Below, piece by piece: positions 41,596-52,365 of a stretch of DNA of 64,000 nt (within the stretch, counting starts at the first letter, position 1; every line of letters starts with the position of its first letter). Under the pieces are notes generated by a model. The model worked only from the letters and a program-made list of their open reading frames with translations, made no database searches and was not told the DNA's origin. The position numbers and the translations under genes are program-made. Origin of the DNA: Nitrospinaceae bacterium (GTDB lineage Bacteria; Nitrospinota; Nitrospinia; Nitrospinales; Nitrospinaceae); the NCBI GenBank assembly GCA_965223665.1, contig OZ245011.1:3936001-4000000 (forward strand), written 5' to 3'.

Positions 41596-41838
41596 TTATA
41601 TTTTTATAACTCCTGAATCTTCATCAAAATAAAATGATTCTCCCTCAGGTGCTCGGTAGGTAATTTCTTTTACTTCCCAAATGTGTTTCCTTTTTACATC
41701 AGCTTCTGCAGCATGAAACCTCCCTTTGTCTTTTCTTTGCAGCAGAAGAAATTCATTTTTGTTATTCGAAATGATTTCCCATTCATGGTAATCGCTTTGG
41801 ACAATGCCTTTTTCGTAATCAATACTAATGATATTCAT
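41596..41838 (-). CDS. hypothetical protein
   Basis: 80-aa ORF with GGGAG SD, downstream of the S41 peptidase. Confidence 0.65.
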   Translation of the reverse strand: MNIISIDYEKGIVQSDYHEWEIISNNKNEFLLLQRKDKGRFHAAEADVKRKHIWEVKEITYRAPEGESFYFDEDSGVIKI

Positions 41839-41864
41839 CTCTCCCTTTCATTAGTGACGATTGG

Positions 41865-43436
41865 TTAATAATGATGTATCCCTTTAGCTATTTCTTTAGC
41901 TTTTGCCAACGTTCGACTTCGCGTTGCATTAGAAGATTTTTCTAGAATAAGTTTAGCAAATGATATCCAAAGATCCGAAGACTTTTCTTTTGTGCCGGAT
42001 TCTTTTTTTAGAAAGCCTTTTATTTCTGATTCCTTTACTTGAATTTGATTTTCAGTATGTGTCGTTCGGTCTGATTTATTTTTGGAAGAAGATTTTATTT
42101 TCGATTCAATTTCGGGAAGATCCTGAATAATCTTTACAGCCGGTGTAATTCCATGAGCAGTGATATCAATTCCTGAGGGGGTATAATATTTTGAGGTTGT
42201 TAAACGTAAACCAGCCCCGTCACTCATTCTAAAAATTGTTTGCACAGATCCTTTGCCATAAGAATTTTCTCCTATAATCAGGGCTTTTCCGGAGTCTTTG
42301 AGTGATCCTGCAACAATTTCGGATGCACTGGCACTATGATGATTAATGATTATTACAAGTGGCATATTGTATAGACTATTTGAATAGGAGGCTTGATAGG
42401 TTTGTCTATCGTATTCTTGACGCCCGCGGGTGGAGACTATTAGGTCTCCTTTTTTTAAAAATTGACTGGCTACTTTTACGGATTGACTAAGTAATCCTCC
42501 TGGATTACCCCTTAAATCTAAAATGAATCCTTTAACATGCTGTTCCTTGCCTTTTTCCAAAGCTTCTAAAAGCTGCTCATTGGTTTGTTTTGAAAAACTG
42601 GATATTTTTATATATCCGGTGTCATGACCCAGATTTTTATAGGTAACTGCTTCAATAGATATGATTTCGCGTGTCAAGGTATGTGTTGAAGTTATTTTAG
42701 TGGTGGGGCGGAAGACATTTACGACCACTTCAGTATTAGGATACCCTCTCAGCTTAGATGCAAGTTCCTGAATTTGCATCCCCTTAATTTTTTGTCCATC
42801 AACTTGAGTGATGACATCTTGAGGTAAAATGCCTGCTCGTTCAGCGGGTGAATTTTTAAGAACTCTTACTACGGTCAACTTATAATCTTCCAGGGTAATG
42901 ACCATTCCTACCCCACCGTATTGTCCTTCTGTATCCCTCATGGTATTTTCGTAATCTGCTTGAGAAAGGTAAGAAGAGTAAGGATCTAAAGAATTCATCA
43001 ATCCAATAATACTTGCTTCCTCCAGTTCTTTCTTTGAAATAGATTTGGAAAAATGTTTGGCCAAGAAATGATACACCAATCGGAAGGCCTTCATATTGCT
43101 TTTAGGGTTGTAGCTAAGCGTATAACTAATTTTATCGTTATCAATTTTTAATAGTTGTCCAGAGAATATCGGACGAGTTTGTAATTTTTCAGATTTAATG
43201 GTTCGAATCATTTCTTGAATAGCCCCTGAATATAATTTTTTATAATCAGGGGGGTAAACATGCTCTTTTCCTACAAAATCAATTGCTTCTTCAAATATTT
43301 CTAATTCATCGTCCAAAAAGCCTGCATACGCCGGAGTGGTAAAGTAATTTCCGGAGCTTTGGACACTTCCTGAAATTAAAAATAAAAAGCAAACAATTGG
43401 TAATAAATTAATGATTCGATTATTTAAATATTTCAT
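41865..43436 (-). CDS. carboxy-terminal processing protease (S41A, PDZ)
   Basis: LDPYS, PDZ domain, DLRGNPGG, SASASEIVAG, GKGSVQ. Confidence 0.93.
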   Translation of the reverse strand: MKYLNNRIINLLPIVCFLFLISGSVQSSGNYFTTPAYAGFLDDELEIFEEAIDFVGKEHVYPPDYKKLYSGAIQEMIRTIKSEKLQTRPIFSGQLLKIDNDKISYTLSYNPKSNMKAFRLVYHFLAKHFSKSISKKELEEASIIGLMNSLDPYSSYLSQADYENTMRDTEGQYGGVGMVITLEDYKLTVVRVLKNSPAERAGILPQDVITQVDGQKIKGMQIQELASKLRGYPNTEVVVNVFRPTTKITSTHTLTREIISIEAVTYKNLGHDTGYIKISSFSKQTNEQLLEALEKGKEQHVKGFILDLRGNPGGLLSQSVKVASQFLKKGDLIVSTRGRQEYDRQTYQASYSNSLYNMPLVIIINHHSASASEIVAGSLKDSGKALIIGENSYGKGSVQTIFRMSDGAGLRLTTSKYYTPSGIDITAHGITPAVKIIQDLPEIESKIKSSSKNKSDRTTHTENQIQVKESEIKGFLKKESGTKEKSSDLWISFAKLILEKSSNATRSRTLAKAKEIAKGIHHY

Positions 43437-43441
43437 AAATA

Positions 43442-44068
43442 CTATTTCTTTAATAAGTCGTCAAAAATAACCTCTAAATTGTCAGTCATTTTGTTAACAT
43501 CTCCACCAGAAATGCTCGGAGTGACTTTTAAGGTTTTGTTAATAATTATTGTTGGAGTTTCATTTGCTTTAAAATGTTTAGCCATGGCTAAAGATTTATT
43601 AACTTTGGCTTTAATATGGTCAGCTTGCATCCCCTCAACCATTTCTTTTTCAATTCCATGGCTCTTTGCTAAAAGTTTAATGGCTCTTGGTTGAAAAACA
43701 TTAATATTCATCTGGAAATTGGTGTCGAATAACTCTTGTGTAAATTGCTTTTCTATTCCCTGTTCATCAGAAATATAAAAGGCCATTGCGGGATAAGGGG
43801 TTTGCTGCCCCCAATATATTGGACTTTTTTTATGAAAAAGTTTGCCTTTAAACTTTTTATGAAGGCGCTTGGAGGTAGTTAAAAACTTATAGCAATGCCC
43901 ACAGGAAAAATTAAAGAACTCGATAATTTCAATCTGCTTAACATTCTTTAATTGACTCAAATCACCAATAACTTCATATTTTCCTTTGATTTTTGGGGCT
44001 TCCTCTGCAAATACTCCATTCGAAAAACTCAATGTAAAAACTAACAGGATTGTGCTAAGCAATCTCAT
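43442..44068 (-). CDS. exported DsbA-like thiol:disulfide oxidoreductase
   Basis: Signal peptide; EFFNFSCGHCY, ETPTII. Start placed after a GGAGG SD. Confidence 0.85.
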   Translation of the reverse strand: MRLLSTILLVFTLSFSNGVFAEEAPKIKGKYEVIGDLSQLKNVKQIEIIEFFNFSCGHCYKFLTTSKRLHKKFKGKLFHKKSPIYWGQQTPYPAMAFYISDEQGIEKQFTQELFDTNFQMNINVFQPRAIKLLAKSHGIEKEMVEGMQADHIKAKVNKSLAMAKHFKANETPTIIINKTLKVTPSISGGDVNKMTDNLEVIFDDLLKK

Positions 44069-44324
44069 CATCACCTCCAATGAAATAAAAACCCATGATT
44101 AATTATTATAAAAACAAAATTGCGAAATAGGGCAACGAAGTCGAAAAAACCGGAATTCTTTTAAAAATAATGATGGTCTCGATTTTTTGAGATTGGGAAA
44201 AGCATTCATTTTTCGCAATTTCTGGTTTTTGTTATTATCAGCAGTCCATAAAAAAAATGAACCCAATAGTAGTATTAGTTTTAACAATATTGGTTTGATA
44301 ATTTATTTTTTTTGCCCTAATAAA

Positions 44325-45647
44325 TTAGTGTTGAATTTTGGGCCAATACTTTTCGAAATCAAATTTTGGGCTGTGCTTTTTGATGTGACATTGTTTGCAG
44401 GCAGTATTGGCTTCCTTAGCAAACCCACCTGCTGGAGCTTTACTGTGCTCTAATCGAGGGCCATGGCACATTTCGCACTGTACGTTTTTTAATTCGGGTG
44501 TATCCATCTCGCTTAAAAAACCACCCACTTTATTAAAACCAGTAGTATGGCAAATTAAACACTCCGGGTCGAAGGATTTATTGACTCTTTTTAAGGTCTC
44601 ATACGCTCGACTGTGCTGTGAACCAGACCAAGTTTTGTGAGCTTCAGGATGGCAGTTTTGACAAGATTTTTGTGTGGCGAATATTTGAATTTGTTTTTTC
44701 TTCTTTCTTTCTTCTAAAGAGGCAAAAAATAACTCTTCGACTTTTGAATTGTAAACTTGATACAACTCAGTCATTTGTTGATCATTTGCAATTTTTGAAT
44801 CTAATCTGACCATTTTTTGTTTGAATTCCATTTTGCCATCTGGTTGAAAGTGAATTCTTATTTCCCCCATTTTTTGTCCCAAAGGTCCTGGTTGTACAAA
44901 TATTTTTCCTTCTTTAATAATGGGTTCCATGTTAATTTCATCAGTATCCTTTTCAATATGGCCATTGATAACTACATCCACCCCTTCAATACCAAGCATT
45001 TTAAGACCATCGACTCTTCGCATATGTGAAAGTAATACAACCAGGTCCGGTTTTTCCTTTTTCTTAAGAAACGTAATGATATTTCTTACTGATTTTTGCG
45101 GATCGACCACTTTAAAGTTGGAATGCTCCGAAACATAAAAAATACCTGGATCTGCAGCAGAAATTATCGCTACCTTTAAGCCATTCGAGAAACTTTTTAT
45201 GATATAGGGAGGAAGGTCAATTTTTTCTAGGTGTATGTTAGAAGCTAACCAAGGAACTCCTTTTAATTTCTCTAGAAATTGATTTCCATAAATTAAGTCT
45301 TTATCCCCAAGTGCAATGGCATCGTATTTCATTTGAGCCAAACTGTTAACAAAAAACTCAGCTTTCAATTTTCCCTGACGTGTGGGTTCCTTAAAATTAT
45401 CACCCAAATCAACAATTAAAGAGTTAGTTGTTTGTTTTAAGATATTTTTTATATATGTCATCCGGCGTTCTATGCCACCTTGTTCTTCCTCTTTATCACA
45501 GCCACAGGGTTTGAGCTCCCCAAGGGCATTTCCCGAATAAACAATTAAAATTTCACTGCCCTTTGAAGCAAGCTCTTCAGCAAAGATGGTGGGACTCTTC
45601 CCAAGTAATATTATTAAAATAATCAGTAAAATTGATATACGTTTCAT
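44325..45647 (-). CDS. exported UshA-like metallophosphoesterase-fold domain fused to a tetraheme cytochrome c (c554-like)
   Basis: Signal peptide; PCGC..GG, DLGD, LSH, NGH; four CxxCH motifs (CQNCH, CLICH, CEMCH, CKQCH). Confidence 0.85.
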   Translation of the reverse strand: MKRISILLIILIILLGKSPTIFAEELASKGSEILIVYSGNALGELKPCGCDKEEEQGGIERRMTYIKNILKQTTNSLIVDLGDNFKEPTRQGKLKAEFFVNSLAQMKYDAIALGDKDLIYGNQFLEKLKGVPWLASNIHLEKIDLPPYIIKSFSNGLKVAIISAADPGIFYVSEHSNFKVVDPQKSVRNIITFLKKKEKPDLVVLLSHMRRVDGLKMLGIEGVDVVINGHIEKDTDEINMEPIIKEGKIFVQPGPLGQKMGEIRIHFQPDGKMEFKQKMVRLDSKIANDQQMTELYQVYNSKVEELFFASLEERKKKKQIQIFATQKSCQNCHPEAHKTWSGSQHSRAYETLKRVNKSFDPECLICHTTGFNKVGGFLSEMDTPELKNVQCEMCHGPRLEHSKAPAGGFAKEANTACKQCHIKKHSPKFDFEKYWPKIQH

Positions 45648-45840
45648 TGTTAATTAACCTGAAATTATTGGGAACCCGAACTTTAAATCTATATAAAAAC
45701 CAAAAGCTTAGCAAGGGGAGTCTTTCAAATATCCCTACTTTTTATAATTTTATAAAAATAATACCTATCCTTGGTTTTTATTTGCATTAAAAAACGTTAA
45801 TATAATTTCAATATTGTAAAAATTAATTTTTCAGTAGGTT

Positions 45841-46728
45841 ATGGAAATTTCTAGATCAGAAATACATATGCACTCAAGCTTTTCGGATGGAGAGTATTCT
45901 CCAACAGAGCTGGTAAAAATTGCGCATCAAAATGAAGTAGGGATTTTGGCTTTAACAGACCACGATACTTTCTCAGGTTTGGAGGAATTTGTCGAAGCCT
46001 CTCAAAAAATGAATATTATTGCCATCCCTGGAATTGAGATTACCGTCCGGTACCGAGATTTTAATCTTCATTTGTTAGGTTATTTTAAATCATTGGAATC
46101 GATTCGACCCCAATTGTGGGATAGAGTTGAAAAAATGAAAAAGGATCGTGAAGAGCGAATGCAATCCCTCGTGGATAAAATCAATGAAGTTGTTCCTGAC
46201 CGTTTCAGGGGATCTATAACTCTGGAAAATATCAAAAAAGGTGCAGAAGGAGTTTTAGGGCGACCTCATTTAGCTCGTGAGATGGTACGATTGGGAATTG
46301 TGCGCACCTCTAATGAAGCATTTGATAAATTTTTGGTGAAATATAATATTGAAAAAGAAAATCTGCATGTTAAAGAAGCGATTGAATTGATTCGTGAAAG
46401 CAATGGGATTCCCATATTAGCTCATCCAGGAGAGCGTTCTTATTCCTTGGTTTGTCCAGAAAAAGGAAGAAAGTGGTCAGGTATTCCTGAGCTTTTGGAA
46501 GAATTGATTTCCTATGGATTGATGGGACTGGAATGCCATTATCCCTATCATGAAAAAACCGGAAAGGTGCAATACTTTCTGGATCTTGCCGATGAATACG
46601 AACTTATTGCAACGGGTAGCCGAGATTTTCATGGTTCAGTTACCCATCAAAAATCTGATCTGTTGGGCACAACACCAATGGAGCCTTCTTTTTGGGAACA
46701 ATTTCAGAGATATTGGAAAGTTTCTTGA
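45841..46728 (+). CDS. PHP-domain phosphoesterase (TrpH/YciV-like)
   Basis: HMHS..SDG, TDHD, GIEI, HLLGY, GRPH, AHP, DFHG. Confidence 0.9.
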   Translation: MEISRSEIHMHSSFSDGEYSPTELVKIAHQNEVGILALTDHDTFSGLEEFVEASQKMNIIAIPGIEITVRYRDFNLHLLGYFKSLESIRPQLWDRVEKMKKDREERMQSLVDKINEVVPDRFRGSITLENIKKGAEGVLGRPHLAREMVRLGIVRTSNEAFDKFLVKYNIEKENLHVKEAIELIRESNGIPILAHPGERSYSLVCPEKGRKWSGIPELLEELISYGLMGLECHYPYHEKTGKVQYFLDLADEYELIATGSRDFHGSVTHQKSDLLGTTPMEPSFWEQFQRYWKVS

Positions 46729-46729
46729 T

Positions 46730-47755
46730 TTAAAACAACGATTGTTGATTGTCTGTAGAAGATGGATCGAAACCGAAATGGGAGTAAGCAACTGAAGTGG
46801 CTACACGTCCTCTGGGAGTGCGGTTAAGAAATCCATTTTGTAAAAGGTAGGGTTCGTAAATATCTTCAATGGTATCTTTTTCTTCGTTTATAGAAGCGGC
46901 TAGTGTTTCAATACCTACAGGCCCTCCGCTAAATTTTTCGATTAATGTTAGAAGTAGTTTGTGGTCCATTTTATCCAGCCCCATTACATCTACCTCCAAC
47001 ATATCTAATGCTCTTCCGGCGATAGATTGATTAATTACCCCATCACCTTTTACTTGTGCATAATCTCGAACTCGTCGCAACATGCGGTTGGCAATTCGTG
47101 GGGTTCCTCGAGACCGTTTCGCAATTTCATGACATCCTTTGGGGTCCATTGGGATATTTAGTAACAAGGCGGAACGATTTAGAATTTTTTCCAATTCCAC
47201 TGTTGTATAAAAGTCTAAGCGATGAACCACTCCAAATCGGTCTCTCAGAGGGGAGGTTAATAAACCGGCTCGAGTTGTGGCTCCGACAAGAGTGAATGGA
47301 GGTAAATCCAATTTTATTGACCGTGCACTGGGCCCTTGGCCAATCATAATATCTAACTTATAATCTTCCATTGCCGGATAAAGAATTTCTTCAATAATTT
47401 TTGACAACCGATGAATTTCATCAATAAAAAGAATATCGCCTTCCTCTAAATTAGTTAGCAGAGCTGCTAAATCACCCGATTTTTCAATTACCGGGCCCGA
47501 AGTGCTTTTTAAATTTGCCCCCATTTCTTGAGCAATTATATTTGCTAAGGTAGTTTTTCCAAGTCCTGGAGGACCATAAAATAAGACATGGTCTAAAGGC
47601 TCTTTTCGCATTTGAGCCGCTGAAATAAAAATAGAAAGGTTTTCTTTTATTTTTTCCTGGCCAACATATTCAGTAAAACCGTTTGGCCTTAAACTGGCTT
47701 CATATTGTAATTCGTGGTTGTCGAGAGAATAGTTTAAATTTGGATTTTCAGTCAT
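46730..47755 (-). CDS. ruvB: Holliday junction branch migration helicase
   Basis: [41 protein letters not shown]. Confidence 0.98.
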   Translation of the reverse strand: MTENPNLNYSLDNHELQYEASLRPNGFTEYVGQEKIKENLSIFISAAQMRKEPLDHVLFYGPPGLGKTTLANIIAQEMGANLKSTSGPVIEKSGDLAALLTNLEEGDILFIDEIHRLSKIIEEILYPAMEDYKLDIMIGQGPSARSIKLDLPPFTLVGATTRAGLLTSPLRDRFGVVHRLDFYTTVELEKILNRSALLLNIPMDPKGCHEIAKRSRGTPRIANRMLRRVRDYAQVKGDGVINQSIAGRALDMLEVDVMGLDKMDHKLLLTLIEKFSGGPVGIETLAASINEEKDTIEDIYEPYLLQNGFLNRTPRGRVATSVAYSHFGFDPSSTDNQQSLF

Positions 47756-47761
47756 GGAATT

Positions 47762-48355
47762 TTATAGGCAGCTTAAACTTTCTTTGATGATGTCTTCTAA
47801 AGAGATAGGGTCTTTACGATCCCCCACCACCTTTTTAAGAACCTTTTCCGCTACGGGTTTTTTATAACCTAGATTCATTAAGGCTGAAAGTGCATCTTGA
47901 AAAACACCGTTTGGTTCAAAAGAGTGAATGGAGTTTGGAGACGAAATTTCCATTTTCTCTAGTTTATCTTTTAATTCTAGGGCTAATCGCTCTGCTGTTT
48001 TACGACCTACACCTGGAATGGTGCTTAATCTGGATATATCCTGTCTAGAGACTGCTTCAATTAAATCAGCCGTTGGCATTCCCGAAAGAATTCCCATTGC
48101 GAGTTTGGGTCCCACTTTACTTATGCTAACCAAGGCTTCAAACAAAGACTTTTCTTCCTCATCATAGAATCCAAATAATTTAAGAGAATCCTCTCGTAAA
48201 TGGGTATGAATATATAGAGATATGGGATCTCCCTGGTTAGCAATTTGATAATAAGTGGTTAATGAAATAAATACTTGGTAACCCACTCCTTGAACATCAA
48301 TGGTTAATTCGCCAGGAGTTTTTTTTAATAATTGCCCCTGTAAAAATGAAATCAT
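47762..48355 (-). CDS. ruvA: Holliday junction DNA-binding protein
   Basis: GVGY, LFGF, HhH motifs, ALMNLGY. Confidence 0.96.
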   Translation of the reverse strand: MISFLQGQLLKKTPGELTIDVQGVGYQVFISLTTYYQIANQGDPISLYIHTHLREDSLKLFGFYDEEEKSLFEALVSISKVGPKLAMGILSGMPTADLIEAVSRQDISRLSTIPGVGRKTAERLALELKDKLEKMEISSPNSIHSFEPNGVFQDALSALMNLGYKKPVAEKVLKKVVGDRKDPISLEDIIKESLSCL

Positions 48356-48359
48356 GAAA

Positions 48360-48863
48360 TCAACCTTTCAAGGAAGCCTTTTTGACTAATCGATTTTTTG
48401 ATGAATGTGCATGGCAAATTGCGACTGCAAGGGCATCCGATACATCAAGTGGTTCAGGTTTCTCTTTTAATTTTAGTAAAGTGGTTACCATGTTTCGTAC
48501 CTGGTGTTTATCCGCTCGACCATAACCCACAATAGATTGTTTAACTTCCAGGGGAGTGTACTCTGCTAAATCAATATTTAAGTTAACCGCAGCCAAAATA
48601 GCAACTCCACGAGCTTGCCCTAATTTTATAGTGGATTTTGCGTTGGTAGCAAAAAATAGATCTTCAATTGCGACGACTTGAGGGGAGAATTCCTTCATTA
48701 CTTGGAATAAATTGTCATAGATAGTTTTTAACCTTAATGGGAAGTCTTCCTTTGGCTTACTTCTTATAGCCCCCCAATGAACACCGCGTAATTGGCGGCC
48801 TTCATTTTCTACAATTCCGAATCCAGTGCATAAACTACCAGGATCGATACCCATAACTCTCAT
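48360..48863 (-). CDS. ruvC: crossover junction endodeoxyribonuclease
   Basis: GIDPG, AIED, GYGRADK, DALAVAICH. Confidence 0.96.
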   Translation of the reverse strand: MRVMGIDPGSLCTGFGIVENEGRQLRGVHWGAIRSKPKEDFPLRLKTIYDNLFQVMKEFSPQVVAIEDLFFATNAKSTIKLGQARGVAILAAVNLNIDLAEYTPLEVKQSIVGYGRADKHQVRNMVTTLLKLKEKPEPLDVSDALAVAICHAHSSKNRLVKKASLKG

Positions 48864-48946
48864 TTAGGGTTCCTTTGGATGGGATTAAAAGAATTAACTT
48901 GATGTGTCTAAGACTTTGAATAGGATAGAACTCTTAATGTAACAGA

Positions 48947-49702
48947 TCAATTATCTTGCGATAAAGCGGCCATCACTTCATCAGAAATGTCAAAATTTGA
49001 ATATACTTTTTGTACATCATCATGATCTTCAATTAATTCCATTAATCGAAGTAGAGAACGTGCACTTTTTTCATCAACCGGAACCGTGTTTTTAGGAAGA
49101 GCGGTTAGTTCAGCCTGATCCATTTTAATTGATTTTTCTTCTAAAACTTTATGGACCGAATCGAAGCTTTCTAAAGCAGTAGTAATTTCGTAATGATCCC
49201 CTGTATTTTGTAAGTCGTCGGCTCCAGCTTCAATTGCCAACTCCATTAAAGAGTCCTCATCCATTTCATCCGTGGGCACAGTGAAAAATCCTTTTTTTTC
49301 AAAAATCCAAGCTACACAACCATTCTCACCCATATTGCCACCATTTTTTCCTAACATGGCCCGCAATTCACCTACAGTCCGATTCTTATTATCTGTCATT
49401 ACTTCAATTAAAATTGCTGCTCCACCAGGTCCATAACCTTCGTAAGTAATTTCTTCATAATTTACACCATCCAGGTCACCCGTTCCTTTTTTAATTGCGC
49501 GGCTGATATTATCCTGTGGCATATTCTGTGCTTTGGCTGCAGCAATCGCAGTTCTTAATCGTGGGTTTCCATCAGGATCACCACCTCCCATCCTTGCAGC
49601 AACTGTGATTTCTTTAATTAACTTAGTAAAAATTTTGCCACGCTTAGCGTCTAAAGCACCTTTTTTGTGCTTGATTGAAGACCATTTGGAATGCCCTGCC
49701 AT
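48947..49702 (-). CDS. yebC: YebC/PmpR family protein
   Basis: [26 protein letters not shown]; upstream of ruvCAB. Confidence 0.96.
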   Translation of the reverse strand: MAGHSKWSSIKHKKGALDAKRGKIFTKLIKEITVAARMGGGDPDGNPRLRTAIAAAKAQNMPQDNISRAIKKGTGDLDGVNYEEITYEGYGPGGAAILIEVMTDNKNRTVGELRAMLGKNGGNMGENGCVAWIFEKKGFFTVPTDEMDEDSLMELAIEAGADDLQNTGDHYEITTALESFDSVHKVLEEKSIKMDQAELTALPKNTVPVDEKSARSLLRLMELIEDHDDVQKVYSNFDISDEVMAALSQDN

Positions 49703-49942
49703 TTCTTTATTCTACCTTTAAAATTAGTACTTACCGGTAATCTAGCATAAATTAAATCCCCCAGCAACAAACTAAAGATAGACCTTCATTGCTTATAAAT
49801 TCATCAATTTTAATATGGTTAATTTTCTGAAAACTTCCCCTTCTTAATCATAATAATTTTAAATCTTGTTGAAGGTGATAAATTCCACAGGTAACATGGG
49901 CCTGAAAAAAATAGTAACGTTAAATTTCTGGTGGTTGGTGTA

Positions 49943-50614
49943 ATGGGACCTCAAGCAAAAATAATAGAAATTGAAGTTGCAGGGAAAACAATTCAAGCAA
50001 GGGAAGGAGAAACTTTAATTCATGCACTTTGGACAGCAGGTTTGCCTAAAGAAATAAGAACTGGTTGTTTGGGGGGAGTTTGTGGTGCGTGTACTGTGAC
50101 GGTTCGTTTCAAAGATGGAGGGCCCGGAAAAACCGAACTGGCATGCCTTTGTCCTGCGGAAAATGGGATGCAAATTTTCCCCTTTCCGGTAGATACAATA
50201 GTCCCTATAAATCCCATGGAAGACCCAGATACCAGTAAAATCCGTAAATCCTTTCCTACTTTGGATCGCTGTACTAAATGTGGTAGTTGTACCAGTTCGT
50301 GCCCCATGAAAATCCCAGTGATGGACTCAGTGCTAAAAATGCAAAAAGGAGAGTTTGAAGCTGTGGCTGAAGATTTTACAACTTGTATCCATTGTGGACT
50401 GTGTAGAGCCGTGTGTGAGGATAAAGTTAAACCTCACAATATGGGAATTTGGGTTCGTCGATCTTTAGGAATGACTCGAGAATACCCGGATCTTTATCAA
50501 TTATTGGAAAGGATTGATGAAAAGGCTGATAAGGAATGGGAGCATCTTTTAAATTGTAGTTCAGATGAAAGAATGCAACGGGCCAAAAAAATTCGTAGCG
50601 AGGGAAAAGTATAA
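49943..50614 (+). CDS. 2Fe-2S plus 2x4Fe-4S iron-sulfur protein (soluble FrdB-like)
   Basis: CLGGVCGAC...LAC, CTKCGSCTSSCP, CIHCGLCRAVC; overlaps the next start (TAATG). ORF can start at GTG 49931. Confidence 0.85.
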   Translation: MGPQAKIIEIEVAGKTIQAREGETLIHALWTAGLPKEIRTGCLGGVCGACTVTVRFKDGGPGKTELACLCPAENGMQIFPFPVDTIVPINPMEDPDTSKIRKSFPTLDRCTKCGSCTSSCPMKIPVMDSVLKMQKGEFEAVAEDFTTCIHCGLCRAVCEDKVKPHNMGIWVRRSLGMTREYPDLYQLLERIDEKADKEWEHLLNCSSDERMQRAKKIRSEGKV

Positions 50615-52305
50615 TGCTGAGTTGGGCCAAAGAATCTCTCGAAAAGGTAGAATCCACACGACTAAATAGACAAAATCAAGAACCGCCTTTGATATCTGAG
50701 GATGATAGTAAGAGGCTAATTGAGCAATTTCATCCAGATTATGCAGGTTCGGAACGTACGGTAAGGATCGGGCCTAATGCGGATACACAGAGTTTCCCCG
50801 TAGAATTAGCGGATCTTCTAGAATCTGACAGTCCACTTCCTTCGAATTTCAATCCTCAAATTGATATTGAAACCGATGTCCTCATTATTGGAGGTGGTGG
50901 TGCAGGGGTGTGCGCAGCATTAGGGTTAGAGCAATCAGGATTGAAAGTTCATCTTGCTACTAAATTGAGATTAGGGGATTCGAATACGGTAATGGCGGAA
51001 GGGGGAATTCAAGCTGCTTTAGGGTCTGAGGATTCTTCTCGTCGTCATTTCTCAGATGCTTATGTTGGTGGTCATGGAAATAACGATCCCTTGCTATTAA
51101 GAATTCTTTGTGAGCAAGGGCCTGCAAGTATACGCTGGTTGACGCACTTAGGAGTGCTCTTTGATCAAAATTCGGATGGTACTTTTCGATTACGTTCCGG
51201 GGGAGGAACCTCAGTCCCCAGGGTTTTGGCTTGCCGAGATTTTACGGGTCTGGAAATCATGAGAGTGCTAAAAGATGCTGTATTAAAGGGGCAAACTGTT
51301 TTTTTAGAAAATCATGCTGCAGTTGAATTGTTAGATGATGGAAAGAATTCAATAACAGGGGCAGTCCTATGGAATACCAATACCCAGAAGTTAGTTACTG
51401 TATCTTCCAGAGCTGTAATTTTAGCCACGGGTGGGATCGGACAACTTCGTTTTCAAGGATATCCTACTAGTAACCATATGGGTGCCACCGGAGATGGGTT
51501 AGTTATTGCGTATCGTCAGGGATGTTCTTTGACTCACTTGGAGAGTTTCCAGTATCACCCATCGGGAACGGTCTTTCCAGAACCCTTGGCCGGACAGTTG
51601 GTCACTGAATCTATTCGAGCAGTGGGAGCACATTTATTAAATGCTGAGGGAAATAGATTTGTAAATGAATTGAATTTTCGAGATTTAGTTGCTGCTTCAA
51701 TTATTCGTGAGGTGGTTGAAGAAAGAGGTATTCGAACACCCACTGGAAGACAGGGGGTTTGGCTGGATACTCCATTGATAGATAAAGTTCATGGTGAGGG
51801 AACTTTAGTGAAACAGTTTCCCGGGTTAATTCACCGATTTGAAAAGTATGGTATTCATCCTGCAAATTCTCCTATTTTAGTATTTCCCACATTGCATTAT
51901 CAAAATGGAGGTATTCAGATCAATGTTGATTGTAAAACCGAACGGTCAGGGCTTTGGGCGGCTGGGGAAGTTACTGGAGGAGTACATGGAACCAACCGGT
52001 TGATGGGAAACTCACTTCTTGATATTATTGTTTTCGGTCGCCGGGTTGCTGAATCGGTGAGGAATGGATTACCGGAACGTGGAAAACTTACTTTGAGTCG
52101 TTTGCAAGAGTTTCGTGAAGAGCTGAAAAATCTTCCTCATCCACCCAAAGGGACATCGCCACAATTATTTCCTATAGATTCCGGCTGGAAATTGGAAATG
52201 TGGGAACGTCCAGATAATAAATCGGAGGGGGTTTCAAAATCCATGAGTTCTTCCTTAGATTCTTTCGAACCGCCTGATTTTTTTAATATGGGTCAAAACA
52301 AATGA
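50614..52305 (+). CDS. fumarate reductase/succinate dehydrogenase-family flavoprotein, non-covalent FAD (soluble FrdA-like)
   Basis: GGGGAG, SNTVMAEGG, QYHP, TESIR, RD, HYQNGG, HGTNRLMGNSL. Confidence 0.85.
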   Translation: MLSWAKESLEKVESTRLNRQNQEPPLISEDDSKRLIEQFHPDYAGSERTVRIGPNADTQSFPVELADLLESDSPLPSNFNPQIDIETDVLIIGGGGAGVCAALGLEQSGLKVHLATKLRLGDSNTVMAEGGIQAALGSEDSSRRHFSDAYVGGHGNNDPLLLRILCEQGPASIRWLTHLGVLFDQNSDGTFRLRSGGGTSVPRVLACRDFTGLEIMRVLKDAVLKGQTVFLENHAAVELLDDGKNSITGAVLWNTNTQKLVTVSSRAVILATGGIGQLRFQGYPTSNHMGATGDGLVIAYRQGCSLTHLESFQYHPSGTVFPEPLAGQLVTESIRAVGAHLLNAEGNRFVNELNFRDLVAASIIREVVEERGIRTPTGRQGVWLDTPLIDKVHGEGTLVKQFPGLIHRFEKYGIHPANSPILVFPTLHYQNGGIQINVDCKTERSGLWAAGEVTGGVHGTNRLMGNSLLDIIVFGRRVAESVRNGLPERGKLTLSRLQEFREELKNLPHPPKGTSPQLFPIDSGWKLEMWERPDNKSEGVSKSMSSSLDSFEPPDFFNMGQNK

Positions 52306-52365
52306 AGTAACGAATTGGGTAGTAGGAATTTTTTTATTTCTTCCCTCATTTTCTTGAGGCTTAAC

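Noticed and set aside
44099-44287. 62-aa minus-strand ORF between the cytochrome and DsbA genes
   Set aside because: TTG start, no SD and no motif; cannot be supported, though not excluded.
45490-45510. Selenocysteine recoding in the UshA-like gene
   Set aside because: The codons are TGT GGC TGT with no in-frame TGA, so this is a Cys homolog.
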